From NCBI GenBank assembly GCA_963833125.1, contig CAWHWX010000004.1:32001-96000 (forward strand): 64,000 bases of DNA, given 5' to 3'. The stretch comes from Candidatus Bathyarchaeota archaeon (GTDB taxonomy: Archaea; Thermoproteota; Bathyarchaeia; 40CM-2-53-6). The stretch's first letter is position 1. The number at the start of each line of letters is the position of its first letter. Below, one piece after another: positions 1 through 9,904 of the stretch. Below the pieces are notes generated by a model. The model saw only the letters and a list, made by a program, of their open reading frames with translations. It was not told the DNA's origin and did not search any database. The position numbers were made by a program, and so were the translations under genes.

Positions 1-435
1 GGACTTAAGTTCAAAGTCGATAAGGCTCCTCAATTTCTCATTGGTATTAACCGCTTCAACAAGCTGAGCAGCCTCCTCCGAGGTGACATTTCTTCCTGCT
101 CTCCGATCTACAATCTGGCCGCCCCGTGCCGTTGCGAAATTACACCTCAGTGCCAGATCGCCGGTGTTGAATTGGATACCAGATCCGATTGCCTCTACAA
201 CGCCCCTTGACAACTCTAGACGTGTAGGGTCGTAGCTAAGGAGCGAGAAAACACCCGCGTCACTCTCGGGGGCAACTCCGCGTTTGACGGTGTAAACTAT
301 TCCCATTCTGCCTTTCGTCGTGAACTTGTCTAGGTTTGGTGTCAGCGCGGCCTCTAGAGGGGTCTTGTTCCCATATTCTGGAGTGGGTCGGTCGCCGACG
401 CCGTCTAGGACTACAAATAGTATTGGATGTGCCAA
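1..435 (-). CDS. apgM: 2,3-bisphosphoglycerate-independent phosphoglycerate mutase, archaeal type (runs off the window edge)
   Basis: Own translation from TTG at 435: [36 protein letters not shown]...[18 protein letters not shown]...[11 protein letters not shown]...DRRAGR, the typical ApgM N-terminus; not in the ORF track; divergent from pyk. Confidence 0.92.
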   Translation of the reverse strand, partial: MAHPILFVVLDGVGDRPTPEYGNKTPLEAALTPNLDKFTTKGRMGIVYTVKRGVAPESDAGVFSLLSYDPTRLELSRGVVEAIGSGIQFNTGDLALRCNFATARGGQIVDRRAGRNVTSEEAAQLVEAVNTNEKLRSLIDFELKS

Positions 436-519
436 GTTTGCCATCGCTTTCCGCGTTAGTTTTGGCGTTCAATATATTGATAGAGTTGAGGCTTGCAAGG
501 GCCTGCTGTGAACACCCTG

Positions 520-1945
520 ATGGCTTCCCAGAAGACGAAGACAAAGATCGTCTGCACAATCGGTCCGGCGACTTCATCAAGAGATGTACTGCGTCGATTG
601 ATTGATTCGGGAATGAATGTTGCGAGGCTCAACTTTTCTCACGGAACAATCCAGGAACACGCGGCCCAAATCCGACTGATTCGGACACTCGCACGAGAGA
701 GGAAGACAGCAATAGGAATTCTAGCTGATCTGCCTGGGCCAAAGATCAGAGTTGGCCGGGTCTCACCTGAACCGGTTGATCTGAAAAGTGGATCGCAACT
801 GATTCTTACGGCCCGTCACGTCATAGGAAACCAAAGAATTGTTTCCATAAGCCATCCCTCAATTCTCAAACATTTGAGGAAAGGCGATCGAGTTTTCCTT
901 GAAGATGGGACCGTAAGGTTGGAAGTTCTTTCCTCGAGAGGTGAGGAGGCGGTCTGCCGAGTCGTTACGGGTGGTTCCCTCTTGTCGGGGAAAGGGGTTA
1001 ATTTGCCGGACAAAGGCTTGAAGCCTGGAGCCTTGACGAAGAGGGATGTAGACCTACTCAAGTTCGCCTTGGCGAATGGCGCGGATTTTGTTGGAATATC
1101 ATTCGTGACCACAAGCAAAGATCTACTCCGGGCCAAACGAATCGTGAAGACGGCTCATTCGAACTCTTGGATAATCGCGAAGATTGAAACCAGGATGGCA
1201 GTAGATAATATCGATAACATCGTGAAACATGCGGATGGGATCATGGTTGCTCGAGGCGATCTAGGCGTAGAGATGGATGTAGAAGACATCCCAATCCTTC
1301 AGAAAGAGATTATCAAGAAGTCGAACGCCGCGGGAATACCGGTCATTACAGCTACCCAGATGCTCGAATCAATGGTAAACAACCCCACCCCTACCCGGGC
1401 AGAAGTAACCGATATCGCCAATGCCATAATCGACGGCACAGACGCCGTGATGCTTTCGGAAGAGACCGCCGTTGGAAAGTATCCGGTTGAAGCAGTTAAT
1501 GTAATGCGGAGAGTCGCCGTTGAGACGGAGAAGAACCTAGCTTACGCATCGCTTTTGGACGCACGGCGAGCCAGTGTGAAACCGATCGTTCAAGAATCGA
1601 TTAGTTTCTCGGCCTGCGAAGTTGCCTTTGCCTTAAAGGCGGGTTGCATCGTTGCAAATACTCGTACCGGTCTGACAGCACATCGGGTTTCGAAGTACCG
1701 TTCCTCCGTGCCCATAATTGCACTTACATACAATGTCCCCGTCATGAACAGGCTTTCTATTCTCTGGGGCGTCTACCCCTACAGAGTGACAGAAACTCAA
1801 TACCACAGCTGAAATATTCACTGCTGCGAAGGCCGCAGCAAAGAATAGTGGAACCGTGAGAGAAGGAGACAAGATCGTGGTTGTCTGCGGAGATCCCTCA
1901 TCACCAGGAGGAACCACAGATCTTCTGAGAGTCCAGCATACCTAG
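520..1945 (+). CDS. pyk: pyruvate kinase (frameshift near 1795)
   Basis: KTKIVCTIGPA, RLNFSHG, IMVARGDLGVE, TATQMLESM, PTRAEVTD motifs; C-terminus continues in another frame (...GDKIVVVCGDPSSPGGTTDLLRVQHT*, TAG 1943-1945); ATG at 520. Confidence 0.95.
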
Positions 1946-1996
1946 ACACATCAACTCAAGAGAACAGTTTATTCCAAGGCCATTGCCTTAGCTCCA

Positions 1997-3124
1997 GTGA
2001 GAAAACATTCAGATGGATTTCAATTCGGCCAAGCATCAGAATACATTGCGGTGGCAGCCTTGACTGGGAAAGAAGCAACCCTCTACCAACCGCTACCCGG
2101 CGGTAGAGTCAGATGCACCGCTTGTGCCCGATACTGCAATATTCCAGAAGGAAAGATCGGCCTCTGCGGAATCCGAGGCAACCTGAACGGTAAGTTGTGG
2201 CTCTACGTTTACGGGAAAATCATCGCAGGCCACATAGATCCAATCGAGAAGAAACCCGTAACCCACTACATGCCAGGAACGAAAATATTCTCAGTAGCAA
2301 CGACTGGATGTAATTGGCTCTGCTCGTATTGCCAGAACTCCGACATTAGTCAGCGGCGCAAGATCGAGGGGTTGGACGTGACGCCCGAGAAGGTAGTGGA
2401 GATGACTAAACGTTACCGCTGCCAAGGCTTAGCCTATACGTACAATCAGCCTACCATCTTCATGGAGTTCGCGCATGACATTGGCGTGCAAGCCAGGAAG
2501 GCGGGCTTGATTAACATCTTCGTTTCGAATGGATATGATACTCCTGACACGGTTGCGTTGATGCCAGACTTCCTGGATTGTATAACGGTTGATTTCAAAG
2601 GCAGCGGAGAAACATCATTCGTCCGCAAGTACATCGGTATCGCCAATGCCGATCCAATCTTCGAAACGCTTCTTGGAATCCGAGATAAGACACAGGTGCA
2701 CATTGAGATCACAGACCTTATCGTCCCGGAAGTTGGAGACGACTTGGGGGCTGCAAAGAAACTCTCTGCTTGGGTTTATGACAACCTCGGCCCCGACACG
2801 CCGATACACTTTCTCAGATTCCACCCAGATTATAAGATGATGAACCTCCCCCCGACCCCCGTAGAAACTTTGGAGAAGCATCACGAAATTGCGAAACAGG
2901 TTGGATTGAATTATGTTTACTTGGGTAATGTTCCAGGACATCCTCTTGAACATACGTACTGCCCCGAGTGCGGGCATGTTGTTGTCGAACGGCTGGGTTT
3001 TGATATATCGGGTTGGCATCTTGATGATCGGAACCGTTGCAAATATTGTGGGAATGAGATTCCGATCGTTGGCCGTTTGAGCAAGTCGGTTAACGAGGAA
3101 AGATTCATGCCCGTGATTATGTAA
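1997..3124 (+). CDS. amrS: AmmeMemoRadiSam-system radical SAM enzyme (PFL-activating-enzyme-like)
   Basis: N-terminal CTACARYC...CGIR, DPIEKKP, radical SAM motif CNWLCSYCQN, C-terminal TYCPECG...CKYCG; true start may be slightly downstream. Confidence 0.88.
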   Translation: MRKHSDGFQFGQASEYIAVAALTGKEATLYQPLPGGRVRCTACARYCNIPEGKIGLCGIRGNLNGKLWLYVYGKIIAGHIDPIEKKPVTHYMPGTKIFSVATTGCNWLCSYCQNSDISQRRKIEGLDVTPEKVVEMTKRYRCQGLAYTYNQPTIFMEFAHDIGVQARKAGLINIFVSNGYDTPDTVALMPDFLDCITVDFKGSGETSFVRKYIGIANADPIFETLLGIRDKTQVHIEITDLIVPEVGDDLGAAKKLSAWVYDNLGPDTPIHFLRFHPDYKMMNLPPTPVETLEKHHEIAKQVGLNYVYLGNVPGHPLEHTYCPECGHVVVERLGFDISGWHLDDRNRCKYCGNEIPIVGRLSKSVNEERFMPVIM

Positions 3125-3173
3125 ACTCAATCGAGATACTTTCAAGTTTTGAATGAAACGAGGTTGACTTAGA

Positions 3174-3665
3174 CTGCGCTTCATAGTTAACAGAGATCTC
3201 CCTGAAGGAAGATACAGACTTCAGGAAGTCTTCTCCGGCCTCGGGGATGTGAAACCCCTCAAGAATTGTGTTGGCAACTCTGGCGTATTGAAACGGATCT
3301 TAGAGGAAACTCAGGTCACAGTGGTCAATGAGGACGGGTACATGTACGTTAACGATGAAGACGGCAGCTTGGTCGTGGCGTTGGAGTATTTGAAAACGGG
3401 AGATTCTAAACACTTGTACCTTGACGTAATTCATGAATTAGTTCACGTTAAGCAATTCTTGCAAGGAAAGAACCTGTTCGATGATGCCTACAGTTACGTA
3501 GATAGGCCCACGGAGATTGAGGCATACCGTTGTTGCGTCGAGGAAGGCCGCAAGATTGGAATGCCCGAGCCTGAGATTGCTGAGTATCTTTACGTTGAAT
3601 GGATAACTAGGAAAGACCACGCTAGACTTCTGAAAACCCTCGGAGTAAGCGCGGAGCCTAGCTAA
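3174..3665 (+). CDS. hypothetical protein with HExxH (zincin-like) motif
   Basis: IHELVHVKQ plus downstream PTEIEAY; frame open back to CTG at 3174, preceded by GAGGTTGA. Confidence 0.7.
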   Translation: MRFIVNRDLPEGRYRLQEVFSGLGDVKPLKNCVGNSGVLKRILEETQVTVVNEDGYMYVNDEDGSLVVALEYLKTGDSKHLYLDVIHELVHVKQFLQGKNLFDDAYSYVDRPTEIEAYRCCVEEGRKIGMPEPEIAEYLYVEWITRKDHARLLKTLGVSAEPS

Positions 3666-3695
3666 TGGATTTTCAAGATATTTCAAGAACGAAGA

Positions 3696-4166
3696 TTACA
3701 GTAGCGTGACATGGCCAGCACGCTCGTCACGAACTCCTGATTCCTTCAATCGTTTCGAGTGTAAAATGAACTCCTGAACGAAGTTTCTAGTATACACTTC
3801 CAAGTCTAGTTTTAGTGCGTCCTCAGGTTTAACCCAGACGTAGCTTTGGAGTTCTCGGCCGTCCAATTTCACGTCCGAACTCAGAGCTTTGCAGACGTAG
3901 TCCATGAAAATGTAATGCTCGTGTTTTTGGAAGTCTTTGGGGTAGATTGCTTGCTGCAAGATAAGCAACTCAACTACCTCTGAGTCCAAGCCGGTTTCCT
4001 CTTTCACTTCCCTGACAATCGCGACCTCTGCCCTCTCACCGAGCTCGATGTGCCCGCCGGGGACCGTGTATTTCTCGCCCCATTTCTTGGAATGAACGAG
4101 TAGAACCTCACCCTTCTCGTTGACGACCAAGGCGCCGACTGTCGCTTCCGGATAAAGCTGAACCAT
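3696..4166 (-). CDS. NUDIX hydrolase
   Basis: Nudix box GGHIELGERAEVAIVREVKEETGL. Confidence 0.92.
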   Translation of the reverse strand: MVQLYPEATVGALVVNEKGEVLLVHSKKWGEKYTVPGGHIELGERAEVAIVREVKEETGLDSEVVELLILQQAIYPKDFQKHEHYIFMDYVCKALSSDVKLDGRELQSYVWVKPEDALKLDLEVYTRNFVQEFILHSKRLKESGVRDERAGHVTLL

Positions 4167-4198
4167 ATGAGGACCTCGCGGAAGTGAGAGGTGGGAGA

Positions 4199-4477
4199 TC
4201 AGGTCTTGCCTGTCATCATGCCCAGCACACCCACAACCGAGATCAACCCACCGACAATCAGGATCAACGGCTCTTGGGTGCGAACATAAACAAGACCGGT
4301 AAATGTAGCGAGGGTAGTGAGCCCTACAATGTTGATGAAGGCTAACCTCTGCTGTTCATTCAAGTCAACTAAAGCCTCTGCATGAACAGCTCCACGATTC
4401 GCCAACCCGTGTATATCTCTGTTCCTCTCTGACGAACTCTTATCCCACGTAACGTCTTCAGGAATATCTAATTCCAT
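4199..4477 (-). CDS. small membrane protein with two C-terminal TM helices
   Basis: Hydrophilic N-terminus followed by two hydrophobic segments; ATG at 4477 avoids overlap with the divergent gene. Confidence 0.55.
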   Translation of the reverse strand: MELDIPEDVTWDKSSSERNRDIHGLANRGAVHAEALVDLNEQQRLAFINIVGLTTLATFTGLVYVRTQEPLILIVGGLISVVGVLGMMTGKT

Positions 4478-4517
4478 GTGCTTGGACTGCATGGTTTCCA
4501 GAATCGTTAGGATCAAT

Positions 4518-5697
4518 TTGACCGGCCAAACACCCGCACCCTCACTTTTTGACAGATTCTCCTCTGATATGGTGGATCTATCAACGGAGGTATATGGGCC
4601 GGAAACGCCTGCAATACTTGAGGCTCTTTCGAAACCCGTTGGGACCTATTATGTGAGATGCAACACTCTCAAAATATCACCTACGGAACTCCGGAAGAGG
4701 CTTGCGGATAGAGGTCTCAGAGTCGAATCACATCCCGCTCTGTCCGAGGCTCTGGGAATACAAGTGGATGGACCGTTTGAGATTTCCTCGACCAATCTGC
4801 GGATGGTGGTTGACAAATTCACCGCGGAATCTGTCTTGCAGGGAGCGAACGTTTACGCGCCAGGCGTCAAGAATTGTCATTCCATACAGACGGGAGATCG
4901 CGTGACCATCGTCTCCGAACTGGGGGATATTCTCGCCAATGGGACGGCAGCGATGAACACGACTGATATTCTCACATTCAAGAAAGGACTGGCTGTAAAG
5001 ATCGAGAATCGACGATTCAAGTCTCCACAAATAAGAGACTTACCGGAATTCTCCGATGGCTTACTGTACCCGCAATCGCTCGCTGCAATGATCACATCTC
5101 ACGTCCTCGACCCGCAGGAAGGAGAAATCATTTTGGACATGAATTGCGCGCCGGGCGGCAAGTTGTCTCATCTGAGTCAGTTAATGCGAGCCACCGGAAA
5201 GATAGTTGGTTTAGACCGAAACGCCGACAAGATCGCACAAACCCGCCACACGATCACCAACCTGGGCTGTTCCAATGTAACTCTCGCAATACATGATTCT
5301 AGGTATGTGGACGCAGACTTTGCGGAATTTGAAACCAGATCGAGTCCTAATCGATCCACCTTGTAGCGCCCTAGGCCTCAGGCCGAAAATTTACGACCAT
5401 ACAAAGAAGCAAAGAGTCGATGATCTTGCCGAATACCAGAAGCAGTTCATTAAGGCGGGTAGCCGGGTCGTAAAACCTGGTGGAGTGGTTGTGTACAGTG
5501 TCTGCACTTTCACGGCACAAGAGTGTGAAGGAGTCGTTGAGTTCGCTGAAGAGGAGTGCGATTTGCATACAGTGCAGCAGACTCCTTTCCTAGGCTCGAC
5601 GGGTTTGGGAAGAACCGGAGAACCGGCCCTTCTCTGCCAACGATTTCGCCCAGACACGGACGAGATTGGATATTTCATTGCAAAATTCATACGGTAG
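4518..5697 (+). CDS. RsmB/NOP2-family RNA m5C methyltransferase with PUA domain (NSUN6-like), frameshift near 5320
   Basis: ESVLQGANVYAPGV (PUA), LDMNCAPGGK, then DRVLIDPPCSALG and VYSVCT in the second frame (5293-5697). Confidence 0.88.
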
Positions 5698-5764
5698 CAC
5701 GGCCACTATATGACAAGCGTCATATACCGAAGTTTGCCATAATGAAGACAAATAGCGATTTCAT

Positions 5765-8410
5765 ATGAGCAACATGATGAAAAGTTTCGTTTTCGCAATC
5801 GTGCTACTTCTCGTGTTGTCAGCCATGCCGCCCCTTGCGGTGAATGGACAGCTTCTGGACACATTTACCATGAACTATTCCCCTACCACTCTAAGCGTCC
5901 AGCAAGGTGATTCCGGCACAGTCCAGATCACAGTTACTTCGATAAACAACTTCAGCGCGCCGGTATCTTTGTCATTCACTGATGCGCCGATTGGGGTGTC
6001 AATTAATTTTGATAATAACCCCGTGACTCCTCCACCAGGCGGCGGCGACTCGAGCACCGCCTACTTCAGTGTGGATCCCAGCGTGCCCGCTTCCACGTAT
6101 CAAATGACGCTGGTTGGTTCAAGCGGTTCTGACGTTAAGAACTACGATTTCAGCCTGCAGGTCACACCTCTGATCGTGCCCGGAGATTTCGGAATTTCAG
6201 TCTCGCCACAAGTCGTCAATGTTCAAGCAGGCGGCTCAGGAGCAGCGACCGTCACGATAACCTCAATTAACGGTTTCTCCGGCCCGGTAACTCTATCGTC
6301 AAGCGGTCAACCTTCGGGCGTGAGCGTCAATTTCTCCCCCAGCGCCCCCGCCCCATCTCCTGGCGGTTCAGCCGATTCTTCAGTGAGCCTTTCTGTCGCT
6401 AACTTCGTCCAAGCTGGATCTTATCCCCTCACGATAACGGGCTCTGGGAGCAGCAGCTACATAATCCAACACTCCACTCAACTCAATCTTCAAGTGTCCT
6501 CTCCACAAGATTTCACGATAACCGTTAACCCGACAAGCATTAACATCCAGCAAGGTGGATCCACCACCGCCACCGTTATTGTGAGTGCGATTGGCGGGTT
6601 CTCCTCCCCAGTAGGTCTTTCCACAAGCAACGGAGTCCCTTCAGGCGTTCAGGTTGGTTTCTCACCGAACCCTATCACTCCGGGAAGTTCGACCATGTCC
6701 ATCAACGTTGCAGCCTCAGCAAAGGCTGGGACTTTCAACTTCCAAGTATTGGGGACCAGCGGAAGTCTAAGTCACGCCACAACGTTCACGATGACAATCT
6801 CGCAAGCCTCCCAGCCAAGCTTCTCTCTATCATCCTCCTCAGGCTCACTCTCGCTCTCTCAGAGTGGGACAGGGTCGGTTAAGATAGTCGTGTCCTCGGT
6901 CAACGGTTTCTCGTCGCCCGTCAACACATATGCTTCTTGGATTGGTCCGACTCCGTCAGGCATCACTGTCACGGGGCCTGGCCCATTGACGCCACCCGCG
7001 AACGGGGCAACGTCTGGCACGCTTACCCTGACAGCCTCGGCAAGCGCGTCTGTCGGCAACTATCTCCTGAGCTTGGTGGGTACGAGCGGTTCGCTCAGTA
7101 CTAGCACGAATATAGGAGTGCAAATCCTAACCGGCTCGGGTGACTTCAGTCTCTCCCTATCACCATCAACCGTAACAATGATTCAGGGCTCCGCCGCAAC
7201 CTCAACCCTAACAATACAATCCTCAGGAACATTCGCCTCACCCGTAACACTCTCAGCCTCACCCGCGAGCGGATTAGGCGTTACTTTCGCAACAAATCCG
7301 TTAACCCCGCCGGTCACGGGAAAGACAACCACTCAAGTAACAATTACGGCTGCGGGAACTGTCGGTACCGGAACCTACACGGTTCCGATAATCGGGACAG
7401 GCGGATCGCTATCTCACACCACTAGCATTACGGTAACAGTAAACGAAGCGGAAACCCCGGACTTCACTGTAGTTGCGGGACCTAACGCGATCTCAATCGC
7501 TCAAGGAGCCTCCGGAAACTCCGTAATCGCGGTCCTCTCACAAAGCGGCTTCAGCTCACCAGTAGCGTTGTCGGCTTCCTGGCAAGGAACATCCCCAATG
7601 GGAGTAACCTTCAATCTTCCCAGCCCCATTACCCCGCAACCAAACACCGTGGCCACATCAACATTAACGGTAACCGCATCACCCGGATCCTCAATTGGAA
7701 CGTACACACTCGACGTGACAGGTAGCAGCGGCGCCCTTATTCATAAAACCCCAATAACAGTGCAAATCTCAGGTTCCGGCGTAACAACAAGCACAAGCAC
7801 AGGCTCAAGCTCAACTACGACTAGTGCTCCTGGACCAACGTGCTTCATCGCTACCGCCACCTACGGGTCCACTCTCGCTCCCGAAGTTCAATTCCTCAGA
7901 AGTTTCCGCGACAGGCAAATCGTGAAGACCTTCGTCGGATGGAACTTTATGATCGCCTTTAACACGTGGTACTACTCCTTCAGTCCAACTGTCGCACAAT
8001 CCATAATTCAACACCCAACGTTTCAATACACCATGAGGATCGTGCTCTACCCGCTAATCGAAATTCTTAGGTTCGGCGCCCTATCCTTCAACGTACTCCC
8101 CGCTCACCAGGAGCTGGCAGGCATCCTCTCAGGCTTGCTGATCAGTTCACTAGTTGGAGTCACTTACCTTGCTTTGCCATTGACAGTATTGTTTAGGTTC
8201 ACACCGAAGCTGAAGAGAAACGCTAAGAGGGCTCAAAAGATTCTGTGCGGAGTTCTACTATTTTCTCTGTTTGCAGTCGCTATTGCTGAACTCTCAGCTT
8301 CAGCTCCGCTGATGATCGTGATGAGCGCAACGGCAGCTCTCTCAACCCTACTGCTCTCAGCCCTATTTACATCCGGGAAACTCTTGCGGCTAAGAGGGTT
8401 GAAAACTTGA
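5765..8410 (+). CDS. secreted/cell-surface protein with six ~100-aa Ig-like repeats and a CFI-box-CTERM domain
   Basis: Signal peptide; repeats xF(S/T)(I/L)xxxP...FSxPVxLS...G(T/S)Y; S/T linker; CFIATATYGS...LRSFRD...YYSFSP followed by TM helices. Confidence 0.88.
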   Translation: MSNMMKSFVFAIVLLLVLSAMPPLAVNGQLLDTFTMNYSPTTLSVQQGDSGTVQITVTSINNFSAPVSLSFTDAPIGVSINFDNNPVTPPPGGGDSSTAYFSVDPSVPASTYQMTLVGSSGSDVKNYDFSLQVTPLIVPGDFGISVSPQVVNVQAGGSGAATVTITSINGFSGPVTLSSSGQPSGVSVNFSPSAPAPSPGGSADSSVSLSVANFVQAGSYPLTITGSGSSSYIIQHSTQLNLQVSSPQDFTITVNPTSINIQQGGSTTATVIVSAIGGFSSPVGLSTSNGVPSGVQVGFSPNPITPGSSTMSINVAASAKAGTFNFQVLGTSGSLSHATTFTMTISQASQPSFSLSSSSGSLSLSQSGTGSVKIVVSSVNGFSSPVNTYASWIGPTPSGITVTGPGPLTPPANGATSGTLTLTASASASVGNYLLSLVGTSGSLSTSTNIGVQILTGSGDFSLSLSPSTVTMIQGSAATSTLTIQSSGTFASPVTLSASPASGLGVTFATNPLTPPVTGKTTTQVTITAAGTVGTGTYTVPIIGTGGSLSHTTSITVTVNEAETPDFTVVAGPNAISIAQGASGNSVIAVLSQSGFSSPVALSASWQGTSPMGVTFNLPSPITPQPNTVATSTLTVTASPGSSIGTYTLDVTGSSGALIHKTPITVQISGSGVTTSTSTGSSSTTTSAPGPTCFIATATYGSTLAPEVQFLRSFRDRQIVKTFVGWNFMIAFNTWYYSFSPTVAQSIIQHPTFQYTMRIVLYPLIEILRFGALSFNVLPAHQELAGILSGLLISSLVGVTYLALPLTVLFRFTPKLKRNAKRAQKILCGVLLFSLFAVAIAELSASAPLMIVMSATAALSTLLLSALFTSGKLLRLRGLKT

Positions 8411-8494
8411 GTAAACCACGTGCTACTGGCAAGCCAAACTCGGTCAGTACCTGTTAATTAGCAGAACGTGACATATTCTAAACAGGTGTTTGCT

Positions 8495-8629
8495 ATGGCC
8501 AGACGCAGACGAAGTAAAAGAAAGGGCAGAACTTCGAAGACAGGACGGAAATTGCAGAAAGGCGCCCGCAGTGCCGGCCGGAGAGTCGGAAGAAGCCTGA
8601 AGAGACTCGGAAGAAAACTATCTCGATAG
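8495..8629 (+). CDS. 44-aa extremely basic (protamine-like) microprotein
   Basis: Own translation MARRRRSKRKGRTSKTGRKLQKGARSAGRRVGRSLKRLGRKLSR*; AGGTG SD-like motif upstream of the ATG; fills an otherwise empty gap. Confidence 0.7.
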   Translation: MARRRRSKRKGRTSKTGRKLQKGARSAGRRVGRSLKRLGRKLSR

Positions 8630-8669
8630 AGACATCCTAATCAGATCGGTAACCAGCCATTCCTTACAA

Positions 8670-9125
8670 TCACAGTGCTGATGTGCTCTCTGGAATTTCG
8701 TGCGTCAAAGATTGACGCCAATACTTGAATGCAAGAATTGTTAGAAGGGCTATCGAGATTGTCTGCACCGGTTGATATGGGATTGGCCATGTGTAAAAGA
8801 ACCAACCGTTGAGATAAATCGCTAACAGCAGACTTCCCAGAACCAAACAGACCACTGCGTGCTCTCGGCGACTCATCTTTGATCGGAGAATGAGAACACC
8901 CAGTAGAAGCATGGGCAGTATGGTCGCCAGACCGATGAAGACGAAAGCAGGGACTCCGACGAAGGCGTACTGGATGAAAACTATCCACCCCTGCTCTGCA
9001 TACCAATCGAACCCGAACCATGACAATACTAGGATGGGGTTTGACCCAAAGTAATGGATGCTAGGGACGAGCAAGTGCACTACCAGTAAGAGAACCATCC
9101 ATTTCGTAAGGCTCGGCGTATTCAC
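8670..9125 (-). CDS. hypothetical integral membrane protein
   Basis: 151-aa ORF that is almost entirely hydrophobic helices. Confidence 0.6.
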   Translation of the reverse strand: MNTPSLTKWMVLLLVVHLLVPSIHYFGSNPILVLSWFGFDWYAEQGWIVFIQYAFVGVPAFVFIGLATILPMLLLGVLILRSKMSRREHAVVCLVLGSLLLAIYLNGWFFYTWPIPYQPVQTISIALLTILAFKYWRQSLTHEIPESTSAL

Positions 9126-9199
9126 GCGTGGATCTATCCTCGGTTAACTCCTCCCATGGGAGCTTTGCGAAGAACTATCTGGACACGGTCGCCGAAGAT

Positions 9200-9811
9200 T
9201 CACGGTATCGTGACGGGTAGGATTTGCAGCAGTGACTTCAAAGGAACTCCCTCGATCTTTGACTTTCCGCTCTTATTTACCAAAACGAGAATACCGACAG
9301 GTTTCGCCTTAGCCTTGCGTAACGTCTGAATGGCTGCTTTGTGAGTTTCACCTGCACGTAGAACTGCATCCGCAATCAGCACCTTCTTGCCTGCGACGCT
9401 ATGAAATGAGGGGTTAACCAATCCTGGGAGTTTTCTTTGAGCAACACGATGTGGCCGCACTGCTGCAAAGGGCTTATCCAGTTCCTTGGCGATCGCAGCA
9501 CCCAAGACCATCCCACTTCCTTCTATCGCAGCAATCACGTCCGGCTCACTGAACTCTGAGGCGCGAACGGATTCTTTCGCTAAATGGGCTAATGCTTCGG
9601 CGATCGCAGACATACGTTTCGAGTCTGAGGCGAGGGAACTCCAATCTACGAATACATCGTGGGGTGGATGTATCGCGGCTCGTTCCTTTCCCTTGAGCAG
9701 TAACCAGACGACTGTATCGGGTTGAACCTTCAATTCATCGGCTATGTCATAGTTTGAGAGGCCTTTCGACTTAAGCTCCTGAGCCTTCCTCACCAATTCA
9801 TGCGGAATCAT
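9200..9811 (-). CDS. gfcR: HTH + phosphoribosyltransferase-like protein (GfcR/PyrE-like regulator)
   Basis: KAQELKSKGLSNYDIADELKVQPDTVVWLL HTH, DVFVDWS, degenerate PRPP loop VLIADAVLRAGET. Confidence 0.8.
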   Translation of the reverse strand: MIPHELVRKAQELKSKGLSNYDIADELKVQPDTVVWLLLKGKERAAIHPPHDVFVDWSSLASDSKRMSAIAEALAHLAKESVRASEFSEPDVIAAIEGSGMVLGAAIAKELDKPFAAVRPHRVAQRKLPGLVNPSFHSVAGKKVLIADAVLRAGETHKAAIQTLRKAKAKPVGILVLVNKSGKSKIEGVPLKSLLQILPVTIP

Positions 9812-9904
9812 TTGTGAACTTCACAACCTGAGAATCTAATCATTTCACGAGCTCTTATAAGACGTAGCTTGATTTCCAACGAGTCGATGCGCTAAAGAAC
9901 ATGC

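Noticed and set aside
5870-7780. Repeats in the surface protein as a CRISPR or DGR-like array
   Set aside because: Similarity is at the protein level and degenerate in DNA; there are no identical spaced repeats, cas genes or reverse transcriptase.
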